Shown: piece by piece, positions 46,408-55,738 of the stretch
Position numbering within the stretch: the first letter of the stretch is position 1
Layout: each line of letters begins with the position of its first letter
From: an uncultured Chloroflexia bacterium
GTDB lineage: Bacteria; Chloroflexota; Limnocylindria; Limnocylindrales; CSP1-4
Direction of reading: 5' to 3'
Length of the DNA: 64,000 nucleotides
NCBI GenBank assembly: GCA_963790915.1
Contig: CAWBQS010000003.1
Coordinates: 552,471-616,470, forward strand
Position numbers and translations under genes: made by a program
Notes under the pieces: model-generated
What the model was told of the DNA's origin: nothing
The model's database searches: none
The model's input: the letters and a program-made list of their open reading frames with translations, nothing else

Positions 46408-47713
46408 CCGTCTCGCGCTCCAGCAGGCGGCTGCGCACATGCCCAACGAGGTAGAGCGAGCCACTGACGACCAGGGGGCCGCCCGCGGCACGTGCCCGCT
46501 CGAGGGCCAGGGCGAGGGCCGCATCGGCATCGTCGATCGCCGCGCTCACGGTCCGGCCCGTGACCGTCGCCCAGGCCGTCCCCAGCTCGGATGCCGGCAA
46601 CGCCCGCGCGGAATCCGGGGCCCGCGTGACCACCACGCCGGCGTCGCGCAGCATCGGTGCCACCGCCAGGCCCGCGATGATACCGTCCACGTCCTTGTCG
46701 CCCATGACACCGAGGAGCAGCGTGGCCCGCCCGACCGGCAGGGCCGGCCTGAGCTCGTCCAGCGTGGCCGCCAGGCCTGCCGCACCATCGGGATTGTGCG
46801 CGCCATCGAGCAGGACGAGCACGCCGGCGGAGTCCAGCGGCTCCAGGCGTCCGGGCCAGCGCGTCCGGGCCAGCCCGGCGACCAGCGCTGCGTCGGTGAC
46901 CTGTGCGACATCGGCGGCGGCGAGCCGGTCCACGACTCCCAGCGCCACGGCTGCGTTGGCGGCCTGGTGGCGACCCAGCAGCGGCAGTCGCAGCTGGCCC
47001 AGCCGGCGCTCGCGCAGCACCAGGCCACCGAGATCCATGGATGCGACGGCCAGCGGGGGGCAGATGAGCAGCGGGACGCCCACGTCACGAGCGCGCGCCT
47101 CGATGACCTCGAGCGCCTCGCCCGTGGCTCCGGTCACGGCGCGGCCGCCCGGCTTGATGATGGCCGCCTTCTCGGCGGCCACCAAGGCGATCGTGTCGCC
47201 CAGGTATTCCTCGTGGTCGAGGCCGACGCTGGTGATGGCGGCCACATCGGCGTCCCACGTGTTCGACGCATCGAGACGGCCGCCGAGGCCGACCTCCATG
47301 ACCAGGACATCGACGCCGCAGCGAGCGGCGTGCAGCCACGCCGCTGCGGTCAGCAGTTCGAACTCCGTGGCCGGACCGTGCAGCAGCTCGCCCGGGGTGC
47401 TGGCGCGCAGGACCTCCTCCAGCACCGCGTCGAGGTCCGCCGCGCTGATGGGCCGGCCGTCGATGAGGATGCGCTCGCGGTAGCTGTGCAGGTGCGGGCT
47501 GGGAGAGCGAGCCGTCGAGTAGCCTGCCGACTCGAGCATGGCGGCCACCATGGCCACGACACTGCCCTTGCCGTTGGTGCCGCCGACGAGGGCCCCGCGC
47601 AGGGAGCGCTGCGGATCGCCCAGCTCACCCAGGAGCGCGCGCATGCGTTCCAGGCCCAGGCGGATGCCGATCTGTCCGCGCGCTCGGATCCGGGACAGCG
47701 CATCGGAGGCCAC
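46397..47713 (-). CDS. folC: Bifunctional folylpolyglutamate synthase / dihydrofolate synthase
   Basis: GTG 47713. P-loop VGGTNGKGS, SPHL, GLDHEEYLG, DGAHNP motifs of the Mur-ligase-type FolC. Confidence 0.9.
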   Translation of the reverse strand: MASDALSRIRARGQIGIRLGLERMRALLGELGDPQRSLRGALVGGTNGKGSVVAMVAAMLESAGYSTARSPSPHLHSYRERILIDGRPISAADLDAVLEEVLRASTPGELLHGPATEFELLTAAAWLHAARCGVDVLVMEVGLGGRLDASNTWDADVAAITSVGLDHEEYLGDTIALVAAEKAAIIKPGGRAVTGATGEALEVIEARARDVGVPLLICPPLAVASMDLGGLVLRERRLGQLRLPLLGRHQAANAAVALGVVDRLAAADVAQVTDAALVAGLARTRWPGRLEPLDSAGVLVLLDGAHNPDGAAGLAATLDELRPALPVGRATLLLGVMGDKDVDGIIAGLAVAPMLRDAGVVVTRAPDSARALPASELGTAWATVTGRTVSAAIDDADAALALALERARAAGGPLVVSGSLYLVGHVRSRLLERETDAG

Positions 47714-47714
47714 G

Positions 47715-48059
47715 TCAGAAGGCCGCGATCTCGTCCTCGTAGAAGACGCACTGGTTGAACCGCGCGGAGAGGCACACGTCCGTGACGTAGCCGGCGTCGA
47801 GGTGAACGCCGCCCCGCATCTGGCAGCGCGCGATGGTGCCCGCCTGACGCATGTAGGCCTTGAGCAGGTGGGGCGTCTGGACGGGGATGGGGCCGCGCGG
47901 GCCGGTCATGTAGTACTGCGGGCAGACGTTGCGGCGCAGGATGGGCAGGCCGAAGGGCACCGGCGGCCGCACCGCCGCCAACTGCGTGGCGACCGCCATG
48001 CTGCGCGGCATCTGCGATACGACCCGGGCGATCGGTCCGGCCGGCGGTCTTGGGGGCAC
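47715..48059 (-). CDS. Hypothetical Cys-containing protein immediately upstream of folC
   Basis: Its stop is 1 nt before the folC start. Conserved-looking core NVCPQYYMTGPRGPIPVQTPHLLKAYMRQAGTIARCQMRGGVHLDAGYVTDVCLSARFNQCVFYEDEI. Start uncertain (GTG 48059 or ATG 48011). Confidence 0.5.
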   Translation of the reverse strand: MPPRPPAGPIARVVSQMPRSMAVATQLAAVRPPVPFGLPILRRNVCPQYYMTGPRGPIPVQTPHLLKAYMRQAGTIARCQMRGGVHLDAGYVTDVCLSARFNQCVFYEDEIAAF

Positions 48060-48190
48060 GCTGCCGATGGAGGTCGATCGAGACCCCCGCTCACGGTTCG
48101 ATGGTCACCCCTCGCTCGTTTGGGTTCACGCGTTCCTCTCCATGACCCTCCACGGAAGTGTTCCGTCCTAGCGTGCCACAATCCGTGAGG

Positions 48191-49363
48191 ATGGACGAAG
48201 CCACTTCACGGGCGCTGCCGCCACGCCGGATGGCGACGGCGAAGCCGGCCTCGACCGTCCGGACGCGCTCGAGCGGCAGCCGCGGCCCGGGGCCGGGCGA
48301 CGAGGGACCCGGCATCGGACGAGCACGCTGGGCTGGCGTGGGGCTCGTCATCGCCGCATTGCTCGGCGCCATCGTGCTCGCCATCGTCAGCCCCAGTGCG
48401 AGTGACCCTGCGGACCCTGGCAGCGCGATCAGCCCGGGAGCGGACCTGTCGCCAGCGCCGTCGGTCATCGTACAGACGCCGGTCGCACAGCCGAAGATCA
48501 CGTCGCCCGAGGACGGCTGGCTCATCGGCGAGTGGTACGTGGAGCTAACCGCTGACATCCCCGAGGATCCCCTGCCGCGCAAGTCGCTGAAGATCGCCGT
48601 CTATCGAGATGGCGTGGAGATCACGCGGCAGGCGCTCGGCCGCCAGGTGGCCGGGGGCTCCGTCAGCGTGCCCGACGTCTCGCTCCAGGCCGGGCAGAAC
48701 GTCCTCACCGTGGCCCTTGTCGGTCCCGGTGGCGGCGTGGGACCGATGTCGGAGGCCGTGACCGTGACGCAGGACCGCGATGCTCCGGAGCTGACCATCA
48801 CCTCACCTGAGACGGGCAGCGTCACGACGGAGGAGACCATCATCGTGGCAGGCGAGTCGGAAGCCGGAGCCACGGTCGCGGTGCAGAACCCCGCCAGGGA
48901 CTTCGACCGGGAGATCGGCGTCGGGCCGAGTGGCACCTTCGAGGTCAGCGTGCGCCTGGCCATGGGGAAGAATCGCATCACGCTGCGCTCGACCGACCAG
49001 ACTACGCGCGGGCCCGATCACGAGGCCTCCATCGTCGTGCAGCGCAAGGACGGCCGACCGGTGGTCGACCTCCAGGTGCCCAAGAAGGTCGCCCGCTCCG
49101 ACCTGTCCAAGCCGATCCGCATCGTCGTCATCGCCACGGATGCGGACGGCCAGCCGATCGAAGGGGCCACGGTCTCGTTCGCGCTCGGTTTCCCGGGTTC
49201 GACGGCCCAGGACCTGGAGGATCAGACCGATAGCGAGGGGCGAGTCGTCTGGCGGGTGGCGCCAGGCGCCAGCACATCGGCCAGCCAGCTGACGGTGACC
49301 GTGGACGTCATCGCCCCCGATGGAGAGCAGCGCCAGCGTTCGGCGAGCATCCCCATCCAGTGA
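48191..49363 (+). CDS. Membrane-anchored extracellular protein with tandem Ig-like/beta-sandwich segments
   Basis: ATG 48191. Basic cytoplasmic N-terminus, one TM (WAGVGLVIAALLGAIVLAIV), then about 300 aa rich in beta-strand-type repeats (..VTVTQDRDAPELTITSPE.., ..ATVAVQN.., ..ATVSFALG..). Confidence 0.6.
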   Translation: MDEATSRALPPRRMATAKPASTVRTRSSGSRGPGPGDEGPGIGRARWAGVGLVIAALLGAIVLAIVSPSASDPADPGSAISPGADLSPAPSVIVQTPVAQPKITSPEDGWLIGEWYVELTADIPEDPLPRKSLKIAVYRDGVEITRQALGRQVAGGSVSVPDVSLQAGQNVLTVALVGPGGGVGPMSEAVTVTQDRDAPELTITSPETGSVTTEETIIVAGESEAGATVAVQNPARDFDREIGVGPSGTFEVSVRLAMGKNRITLRSTDQTTRGPDHEASIVVQRKDGRPVVDLQVPKKVARSDLSKPIRIVVIATDADGQPIEGATVSFALGFPGSTAQDLEDQTDSEGRVVWRVAPGASTSASQLTVTVDVIAPDGEQRQRSASIPIQ

Positions 49364-49430
49364 GCCATCGTGGGCGCGCCACGATCGTGGGCGCGCTGCG
49401 CACGGCAGGGGTGCCGCCGCATGGCGAGGC

Positions 49431-49493
49431 GCGCCGCTCAGCCAGAGCCGCGGCCCCTCAGCCAGAGCCGCGCCGCTCAGCCAGAGCCGCGCC
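49431..49493. repeat. Three tandem 19/20-nt units with core CTCAGCCAGAGCCGCG
   Basis: Cores at 49437-49452, 49457-49472 and 49476-49491. The third unit contains the stop codon (49477-49479, minus strand) of the Cys-rich gene. The repeat lies in a convergent intergenic region. Confidence 0.8.
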
Positions 49494-50058
49494 GCAGTCG
49501 CTCCTGCAAGGCCGAGACGATGCCGTGCGTCGGGGCCACGTGCGGTGCCTCCACCAACCTGCCGGGCGTGCTCGCGGCCGACCGCCCCACCTGGTCGCCG
49601 ACGGGATCCACGGCAGCGTGGCTGTCGGTCGCACGCGTGCCGGTCGGTGCAAGGTCGAGTCCCAGGCTCGCAGAGACGGCCTCGCGGGTCGGGGTCGGCG
49701 GCCCATCCGACAGCGTGAGGGGCAGCGGAGGTGCGGACGCAGGCACCGCGGAACGGCCGCCTACAGCCGGCAGCGACTCATCGAAGAGACCCGGCACGAG
49801 CGAAGCGAGCGTGGTCACGGGTCCTGCCATCCAGCAGGGCCGGACGTCATCGTTGCGGCAGGGTGTGCGCGCGGGATCAGCGGCACAGAAGCCCAGGTCG
49901 CCCACGATGGACGGCCGGTAGTGGCAGCAGGTCAGGCAGGTCACCGCGGCGTTCGAGCATGAGCGGCAGCGAGGGGTCTCAGGCTGCAGCGTGCGGCAGC
50001 GGGGACAGCGCCAGCTGGGTGGCGTGCTGATCTGCTCGACCGGGTCGAAGATCGACAT
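49477..50058 (-). CDS. Cys-rich (zinc-ribbon-like) protein downstream of the PASTA kinase
   Basis: ATG 50058, 31 nt after the kinase stop. The N-terminus WRCPRCRTLQPETPRCRSCSNAAVTCLTCCHY..C..C..C has CxxC-N9-CxxC-N7-CxxCC. The C-terminal half is low-complexity Pro/Ala/Ser. Confidence 0.55.
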   Translation of the reverse strand: MSIFDPVEQISTPPSWRCPRCRTLQPETPRCRSCSNAAVTCLTCCHYRPSIVGDLGFCAADPARTPCRNDDVRPCWMAGPVTTLASLVPGLFDESLPAVGGRSAVPASAPPLPLTLSDGPPTPTREAVSASLGLDLAPTGTRATDSHAAVDPVGDQVGRSAASTPGRLVEAPHVAPTHGIVSALQERLRRGSG

Positions 50059-50089
50059 CCTCAGGCGAGCCTGTGGGCCGGGTGCCGGC

Positions 50090-51895
50090 TCACGGACAGG
50101 GCCTCTGTGGGTCCTTGAGCCAGAGGTCGACGTTGGAGCCGATGGCCGCCGTCTCACCAGCCCTCGGCAGCTGGCCGTGCACGAGCCAGTCATTCCCGGG
50201 TGGCGGGTCCCCAGGAACGAGGAGGCCCACCAGCAGGCCCGCATCGGTGATATGGCCACGCGCCTCCGCGAGGCGCAGGCAGGTGAAGTCACCGACCAGC
50301 GTGGTAGCCGCCGATGGGAAGGGCGTCTGGCGGCCCGCCGGGTACGTGGGCAGGCTGGCCGAGAGCGTGGCGGCCGGGGCGAGCGCGGTGCTCGCTAGCG
50401 AGCCACTCGAGACGACGTACGTGACCGCTGATCCGCGTGTCAGCGACTCCCCCGCCCGGGGGTCCGTGGTGACCACGTAGCCCGCGGGCAGCACGTCCTC
50501 GGTGATGGAGCGTGTCCCTGGAGCCAGGCCCGCCGAGCGCAGCAGGGCCACCGCGTCATCCTCCCGGATGCCGGATACGTCGGGCACCACGACGGTCTCC
50601 ACCAGGGTGCCCACGGTCACCTGGATGGCAGACCCGGCCGTCACCCGCACGCCCGGAGCGGGCAGCTGCTCGATGACCTGGCCAGCCTGGGACGCCGACT
50701 CCACGTAGTCGATCTCCAGCACCAGGCCGCGCCGCTCGGCGGCCCGCTGCGCCTCGTCCTCGCCCCGACCGACCAGCACCGGCGTCCGGACCATGGCCTC
50801 CGGGAGCGAGGGGCTGGGGCTGGCTGGTGGTGCCGGAACGTCGATGCCATTGAGCAGGAGGAAGAGCAGGACGGCCGAGGCAGCGATGACGAGCAGGCCC
50901 AGGCCGGCCGCCATCCACGCCAGCGGGCCGGAGCCCCCGCGCTCTGCGTCACCCCCACCAGCGGGGCGTGCGGAGGCGGCGGGGGCCGCGAGCACCCCCG
51001 TGGGGGCCGCTGCGCTCGGCGAGGGGTCGGGCGTGACCGCCATCGGTGCAGCAGCGAAGGCGGCCGCGCCGGACGGGTCGGCGATGTACCGCGCCAGCGC
51101 CGCCGACAGCTCCGCTGCCGGCGGACGCACGGCCGGGTCGATGGCCAGGCACCAGCGCACGATGGCGTCCAGGGTCGGCGGCGTGTCCGGCCGCACCGCC
51201 ATGGGCGAGGGCGGCGGCCCGCTGAGACGCGCCACGGCCAGGGCGGCCGGGCTGTCGCCGCTGAAGGGGCGCTGCCCGGCCAGCAGCTCGAACAGGACGA
51301 GGCCCAGCGAGTAGATGTCGGAGGGCGGGCTGGCGGCCTCGCCGCGGGCCTGCTCGGGACTGAAATAGAGGACGCTGCCGACGGCGAGGCCGTCCGTGCC
51401 GACCGTGGAGCCTGCCGCCGCCTGGGCGATGCCGAAGTCGGCCACCTGCACGCGACCGTCCGGCGATAGCAGGATGTTGCCGGGCTTGATGTCGCGATGC
51501 ACCAGGCCCCGGGCATGCGCGGCCGCCAGGCCATCGGCGACCTGCTGGCCGATGCGTGCCACCGCGGTGGGGGGCAGGGCACCATGCTCGCCGAGAGCCA
51601 CGGAGAGGTCGCCACCGGCCACCTGCTCCATGACGATGTACGGACCAGCCGGGTCAGTCCCGTAGTCGTAGACGGCGACGACATTGGGGTGGCTCAGGGA
51701 GGCAGCAGCCTTGGCCTCATGGCGGAAGCGCTCGACGAACGCGGCGTCGCGGCCGTACTCCGGGCGCAGGACCTTGACGGCCACCTCGCGCTCCAGTTGA
51801 CCGTCCGTGGCCCGGAAGATCGTGGCCATGCCACCGTGGCCGAGCACCTGCTCCAACCGGTAGCGGCCACCGAGCACCAGGCCCAGGTCAGCCAC
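50090..51895 (-). CDS. Ser/Thr protein kinase with TM and three PASTA-like repeats (PknB-like)
   Basis: GTG 51895. GHGGMATIF, VAVKVL, HRDIKPGNIL, DFGIA, SPEQ kinase subdomains. TM GLGLLVIAASAVLLFLLL. Extracellular repeats match the PASTA pattern (..VLVGRGEDEAQRAAERRGL.., ..VPDVSGIREDDAVALLRSAGL..). Confidence 0.9.
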   Translation of the reverse strand: MADLGLVLGGRYRLEQVLGHGGMATIFRATDGQLEREVAVKVLRPEYGRDAAFVERFRHEAKAAASLSHPNVVAVYDYGTDPAGPYIVMEQVAGGDLSVALGEHGALPPTAVARIGQQVADGLAAAHARGLVHRDIKPGNILLSPDGRVQVADFGIAQAAAGSTVGTDGLAVGSVLYFSPEQARGEAASPPSDIYSLGLVLFELLAGQRPFSGDSPAALAVARLSGPPPSPMAVRPDTPPTLDAIVRWCLAIDPAVRPPAAELSAALARYIADPSGAAAFAAAPMAVTPDPSPSAAAPTGVLAAPAASARPAGGGDAERGGSGPLAWMAAGLGLLVIAASAVLLFLLLNGIDVPAPPASPSPSLPEAMVRTPVLVGRGEDEAQRAAERRGLVLEIDYVESASQAGQVIEQLPAPGVRVTAGSAIQVTVGTLVETVVVPDVSGIREDDAVALLRSAGLAPGTRSITEDVLPAGYVVTTDPRAGESLTRGSAVTYVVSSGSLASTALAPAATLSASLPTYPAGRQTPFPSAATTLVGDFTCLRLAEARGHITDAGLLVGLLVPGDPPPGNDWLVHGQLPRAGETAAIGSNVDLWLKDPQRPCP

Positions 51896-51943
51896 GCAGC
51901 CCCTCCCCCCGACAGCCTGCGGGACCGTCGGACCTGGCCGAGG

Positions 51944-52822
51944 TCACCGCAGGTCAAGCCCCGCCAAGTATGTGCGCAGCTCGCTGCCGAACTCCTCGCG
52001 GTCCAGAGCCAGCTCCACGGACGCCTTCAGCCATCCCATCGTGGTGCCGGCATCGTGCCGCTTGCCCTCGAATGCGTAGCAGAACACCTCCTGCTCCTGC
52101 ATGAGTGCCTCGATGGCGTCGGTCAGCTGGATCTCGCCACCCGAGCCGGCGGGAGTCTGCTCCAGCTTGGCGAAGATCTTCGGCGTCAGGACGTAGCGGC
52201 CGATGATGGCGAGGTTGGAGGGCGCCTCGTCCGGTGATGGCTTCTCCACGACCCCGCGGATGCGGCGCAGGCTGGCGTCCGGGCCCTGCCAGGCAGGGTC
52301 GAGGTCCACGATGCCGTAGCGGCCGGTCTCCTCATGGGGCACTTCCATGACCGCCAGCGTGGAGCCGCCGGTGTGGCGGTAGGCGTCCACGAGCTGGCCG
52401 ATGCAGGAACGGGAGCTGGTGACGACATCGTCGGAAAGGATCACGGCGAAGGGTTCGTGACCGACCAGCTCCTTGGCCATGAGCACGGCGTGACCGAGTC
52501 CGAGCTGCTCCTTCTGCCGCACGTAGGCCACCTGGGCCATGTCACCGATATGGCGAACGCGACGGAGCATCTCGATGTCCCCGCGTGCCTCGAGCAGCGA
52601 TTCCAGCTCGTAGCTGTGGTCGAAGTGATCCTCGATGGCCCGCTTCTGGCTGCTGGTCACGATGATGACCTGCTCGATCCCGGCGGCCACCGCCTCCTCG
52701 ACGGCGTACTGGATCACCGGCTTGTCCACCAGCGGCAGCATCTCCTTGGGCTGTGCCTTGGTGGCGGGCAGGAAGCGGGTGCCCCAACCCGCGGCCGGGA
52801 AGACTGCCTTGCGGACGCGCAT
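51944..52822 (-). CDS. galU: UTP--glucose-1-phosphate uridylyltransferase
   Basis: KAVFPAAGWGTRFLPATKAQPKEMLPLVDKP is the canonical GalU N-terminus. 292 aa. Confidence 0.92.
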   Translation of the reverse strand: MRVRKAVFPAAGWGTRFLPATKAQPKEMLPLVDKPVIQYAVEEAVAAGIEQVIIVTSSQKRAIEDHFDHSYELESLLEARGDIEMLRRVRHIGDMAQVAYVRQKEQLGLGHAVLMAKELVGHEPFAVILSDDVVTSSRSCIGQLVDAYRHTGGSTLAVMEVPHEETGRYGIVDLDPAWQGPDASLRRIRGVVEKPSPDEAPSNLAIIGRYVLTPKIFAKLEQTPAGSGGEIQLTDAIEALMQEQEVFCYAFEGKRHDAGTTMGWLKASVELALDREEFGSELRTYLAGLDLR

Positions 52823-52921
52823 CGCTCCTCCATGGGCTCTGGCTGGTCCGTGTCAGGCCGGATGTCCAGCGCGTTTCACTCCGACGCGAGCGATGCCGAG
52901 TGTAGCGCCGGAGCGGCCCGG

Positions 52922-53902
52922 TCAGGGCAGCAGGGGCGCCTCCGGCAGCGGCTCTGTGTGAGCCGGAGCGACCGCGGGCGTGCCTGGCTGGCGGCGCTGT
53001 ACCTGGGCCAGGAGGCTGCCCGCAAGGACGAGGACACCACCGAGCAGCTGCACCGGCGCCGGCTGCTGGCCCAGCAGGACGGCCGCCAGGGCGACACCCA
53101 CGATCGGCTCCAGGAGCATGAGGATGGAGCCGCGCGTGGGGCCCAATCGGCGCATCCCGGCCAGGACGGCGGCAGTCGGGATGGCCAGGCCGATGGTCGC
53201 CCCGAGCACGATGGGTACCCAGGCCCCACTGACCTCGAATGGCTGCCGCAGCGCTGGACCTGCACCCAGCAACACCGCCACGACCACGAAGCCGATGGCC
53301 TGGATGACCGACAGCGCCGCCGCCGCGTGGGGTGCGGGCAGGGACGAGTAGCCTCGCGCGGCGATGAGCGAATGGGCCGCCTGGCCGACGGCGCCCAGGA
53401 GGCCCAGCAGCAGCCCCATGAGGCCGACCTGGGCCGCATCGCCGCCCAGCATCGGCGCCGCGACGACCAGGATGAGCCCGACCGAGGCCAGCGACAGGGC
53501 GGCGAGGCGCGACCCCGTGAGGGGTTCCCGATAGAGGCGCGTGGCGGCCACGGCCACGATGACCGGGTAGGTGTAGAAGCAGATGAGCACCAGCGCGATG
53601 CTGGCGTACTCGAAGCCACTGAAGACGGTCAGGTTGATGAAGACGTTCAGGCCGGCGAGGGCGCTGACCTGGAGCCAGTGCCGTGCTGGTACGTCGGCCA
53701 GGCGCACGCGGCGCAGGAGGAGCAGGCGGAGGGCCACCCCGACCGAGCCGACCAGGATGATGGCGCCCAGGACGGCCCTCCACGCGACGAACGCGATGGT
53801 GTCGATGCCGGCATCCGTGGCGATCACCGAGAGCACCGCGAGTGTGCCGTAGCCGAAGGCGGCGATGACGATGAGGATCGAACCAGAGGCGCTGCGGCTC
53901 AG
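52922..53902 (-). CDS. EamA/DMT-family transporter (10 TM), no canonical start codon
   Basis: Two EamA halves. The reading frame has no ATG/GTG/TTG until after TM1. The only candidate is CTG 53902-53900, forming CTGA with the upstream gene's stop. Confidence 0.65.
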   Translation of the reverse strand: MSRSASGSILIVIAAFGYGTLAVLSVIATDAGIDTIAFVAWRAVLGAIILVGSVGVALRLLLLRRVRLADVPARHWLQVSALAGLNVFINLTVFSGFEYASIALVLICFYTYPVIVAVAATRLYREPLTGSRLAALSLASVGLILVVAAPMLGGDAAQVGLMGLLLGLLGAVGQAAHSLIAARGYSSLPAPHAAAALSVIQAIGFVVVAVLLGAGPALRQPFEVSGAWVPIVLGATIGLAIPTAAVLAGMRRLGPTRGSILMLLEPIVGVALAAVLLGQQPAPVQLLGGVLVLAGSLLAQVQRRQPGTPAVAPAHTEPLPEAPLLP

Positions 53903-54963
53903 TGCTCGGCCGCCTCCCGGGGTTCGCTGCGGGCGGGACGCAGGACGATGGCCGTGAAGGGCACGCGGATCTCGCCACCCATCGTCTCGGTGGAGACCAG
54001 GAAGCCAGCCAGCATCAGCAGGGCGCCCAGCAGCTTGCCGATCTGGAACCACTCCGTGGAACCGAAGCGGTTGAGGCTGTCGGTGAGCGCCGGGATGATG
54101 GCACCGACCGCGATGAGCAGCGTGGCGGGCACGCGGCTGTTGATGCGGCCACCGAGCAGGGCGCGAACGGCACCGGGCAGCGAGGCCACGAAGTTCACGA
54201 TGATGGCGACGGGTGCGATGAGGAGGTTGAAGAGGAAGACGTCGCCCGGCTGGCCGGGATCGAGCGAGTAGGCCAGCACGCGCCGCTTGGGCATGAAGAC
54301 GTAGGCGGAGAAGAGGGCTCCCAGGATGAGCGAGAAGGCGCCGGTGACGTTGAGGAAGGGCGTCAGGAGTCGCAGCTGCGGGGGCAGGATGGCGGCCGTG
54401 GGCACGCCGGTCGCGGGGTCGAGCACGTAGCCCGGCGCTGGCACGTCCGCCAGGGCCATGAGCACGATGGAGAGGACCGTCGCACCGCCCACCGCCGACA
54501 GAGCCAACCACGGCCAGCGCCAGTTCTGGAAGTACGTCTCCACGGAGACGGCCAGCGCCAGCACGGCGGCCACGAGGAAGTACAGCATGGCCACGCTGCT
54601 GGCGGACTCGTACACCTCAGGGTTGCGGCGCGCGGTCAGGAAGGTGAACAGGCCGGCCAGGAACAGGCAGAGGGCGAAGCCGAAGCCGAAGCGCGTCCGA
54701 CCCAGCAGGAAGGCCGTGCCAAGGCCCAGCCAGCCGGCCGTCCACACCGCGCCCGTGAGGTACCAGGCGGTATAGAGGGCCTGGTTCCAGCCCAGGGCCG
54801 CCGCGACCGCCTCACAGCCGACGGCGACGGCGTAGAAGACCATGCCCAGCGCCCAGATGATCTGGTAGCCGCGACGCCGCTGCCGCCATTGGTCGATGAG
54901 GAGGACGGCGAAGGTCGCGGCCAGCAGGGCGGTGACAGCCGGGATGACGAAGGTGGCGTCCAT
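53899..54963 (-). CDS. Hypothetical polytopic membrane protein (about 10 TM)
   Basis: 354 aa, ATG start, continuous hydrophobic helices. No motif recognised. Confidence 0.6.
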   Translation of the reverse strand: MDATFVIPAVTALLAATFAVLLIDQWRQRRRGYQIIWALGMVFYAVAVGCEAVAAALGWNQALYTAWYLTGAVWTAGWLGLGTAFLLGRTRFGFGFALCLFLAGLFTFLTARRNPEVYESASSVAMLYFLVAAVLALAVSVETYFQNWRWPWLALSAVGGATVLSIVLMALADVPAPGYVLDPATGVPTAAILPPQLRLLTPFLNVTGAFSLILGALFSAYVFMPKRRVLAYSLDPGQPGDVFLFNLLIAPVAIIVNFVASLPGAVRALLGGRINSRVPATLLIAVGAIIPALTDSLNRFGSTEWFQIGKLLGALLMLAGFLVSTETMGGEIRVPFTAIVLRPARSEPREAAEH

Positions 54964-54981
54964 GCGTGCGGCGGCCGTGAC

Positions 54982-55326
54982 TCAGGCTGTCTCGAAGACG
55001 TGGTCCTCGCGATGGTTGCCGTCGCAGAGGCCCCAGGCCGGGGGATCGACGGGCAGGGCGACGGGCCGCATCAGCTCACGGACGCTGGACAGGGTGCAGA
55101 TGGCATAGCCGCGGCGCATGGCCCAGGCCCGGAAATGCTCCGGGTCCGCGTGGAACTGGTGCGGGCCCGGATTGATGGGGGCGCGCTCAGCCCAGCCGAC
55201 CGCGGATTCGGGGGCCACGTTGTCCATGATCGAGACGCGGAAGGGAGTGCCGTCGATGGGCTCGCCGCAGCCGGCGCAGCGCTTGGCGTCGTTCTCGGAG
55301 AAGACGGTCGGGATCCGGATGCCCAT
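54982..55326 (-). CDS. Hypothetical protein (114 aa)
   Basis: ATG 55326 inside ORF 54982..55530. Sequence MGIRIPTVFSENDAKRCAGCGEPIDGTPFRV.... No family recognised. Confidence 0.4.
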   Translation of the reverse strand: MGIRIPTVFSENDAKRCAGCGEPIDGTPFRVSIMDNVAPESAVGWAERAPINPGPHQFHADPEHFRAWAMRRGYAICTLSSVRELMRPVALPVDPPAWGLCDGNHREDHVFETA

Positions 55327-55450
55327 GATCCGACCGCCGCGGAAGCGAGTGGCGGTCACCGGCCGATCGTAGCAGAGGGGTGCCCCGATCGGGTCGCTGC
55401 CCACCGGTTCGGCAGACTCCGCAGGGCCAGCCGTGCGACCATGCGCCTCG

Positions 55451-55738
55451 ATGCTGGAGCCGATGGCGAAGGTGACCCCGGGTGAGCCCTCCGCGGCCGA
55501 GCGCGCCCAGGAGCCGACCCTCCCGGGCACCGCGTCGGGCGACGTCGTCGAGGCTGCGGCTCACGGCCATCACCGCCGTGCTCGCAGGCATCGGCGCCGT
55601 GGCCGGCATCTTCGACATGAGCGAGGCGGCCGCGGCCCGGGACCTGCCGGGGCGGATGGGCTTCTGGGTGTCAGTGGCGTCGTCCTGGTCATCGGCCTGG
55701 CGGTCTTCTTCTACTTCCGCCACATCGACTGGATCTGA
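55451..55738 (+). pseudogene. Small two-TM membrane protein whose high-GC3 frame switches twice (about 55545-55556 and 55668-55678)
   Basis: The near-saturated GC3 signal moves from the frame of 55433 to the frame of 55482 and back. Joined reading: MLEPMAKVTPGEPSAAERAQEPTLPGTASGDVVEA / LTAITAVLAGIGAVAGIFDMSEAAAARDLPGRMGFWVS / GVVLVIGLAVFFYFRHIDWI. Confidence 0.35.
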
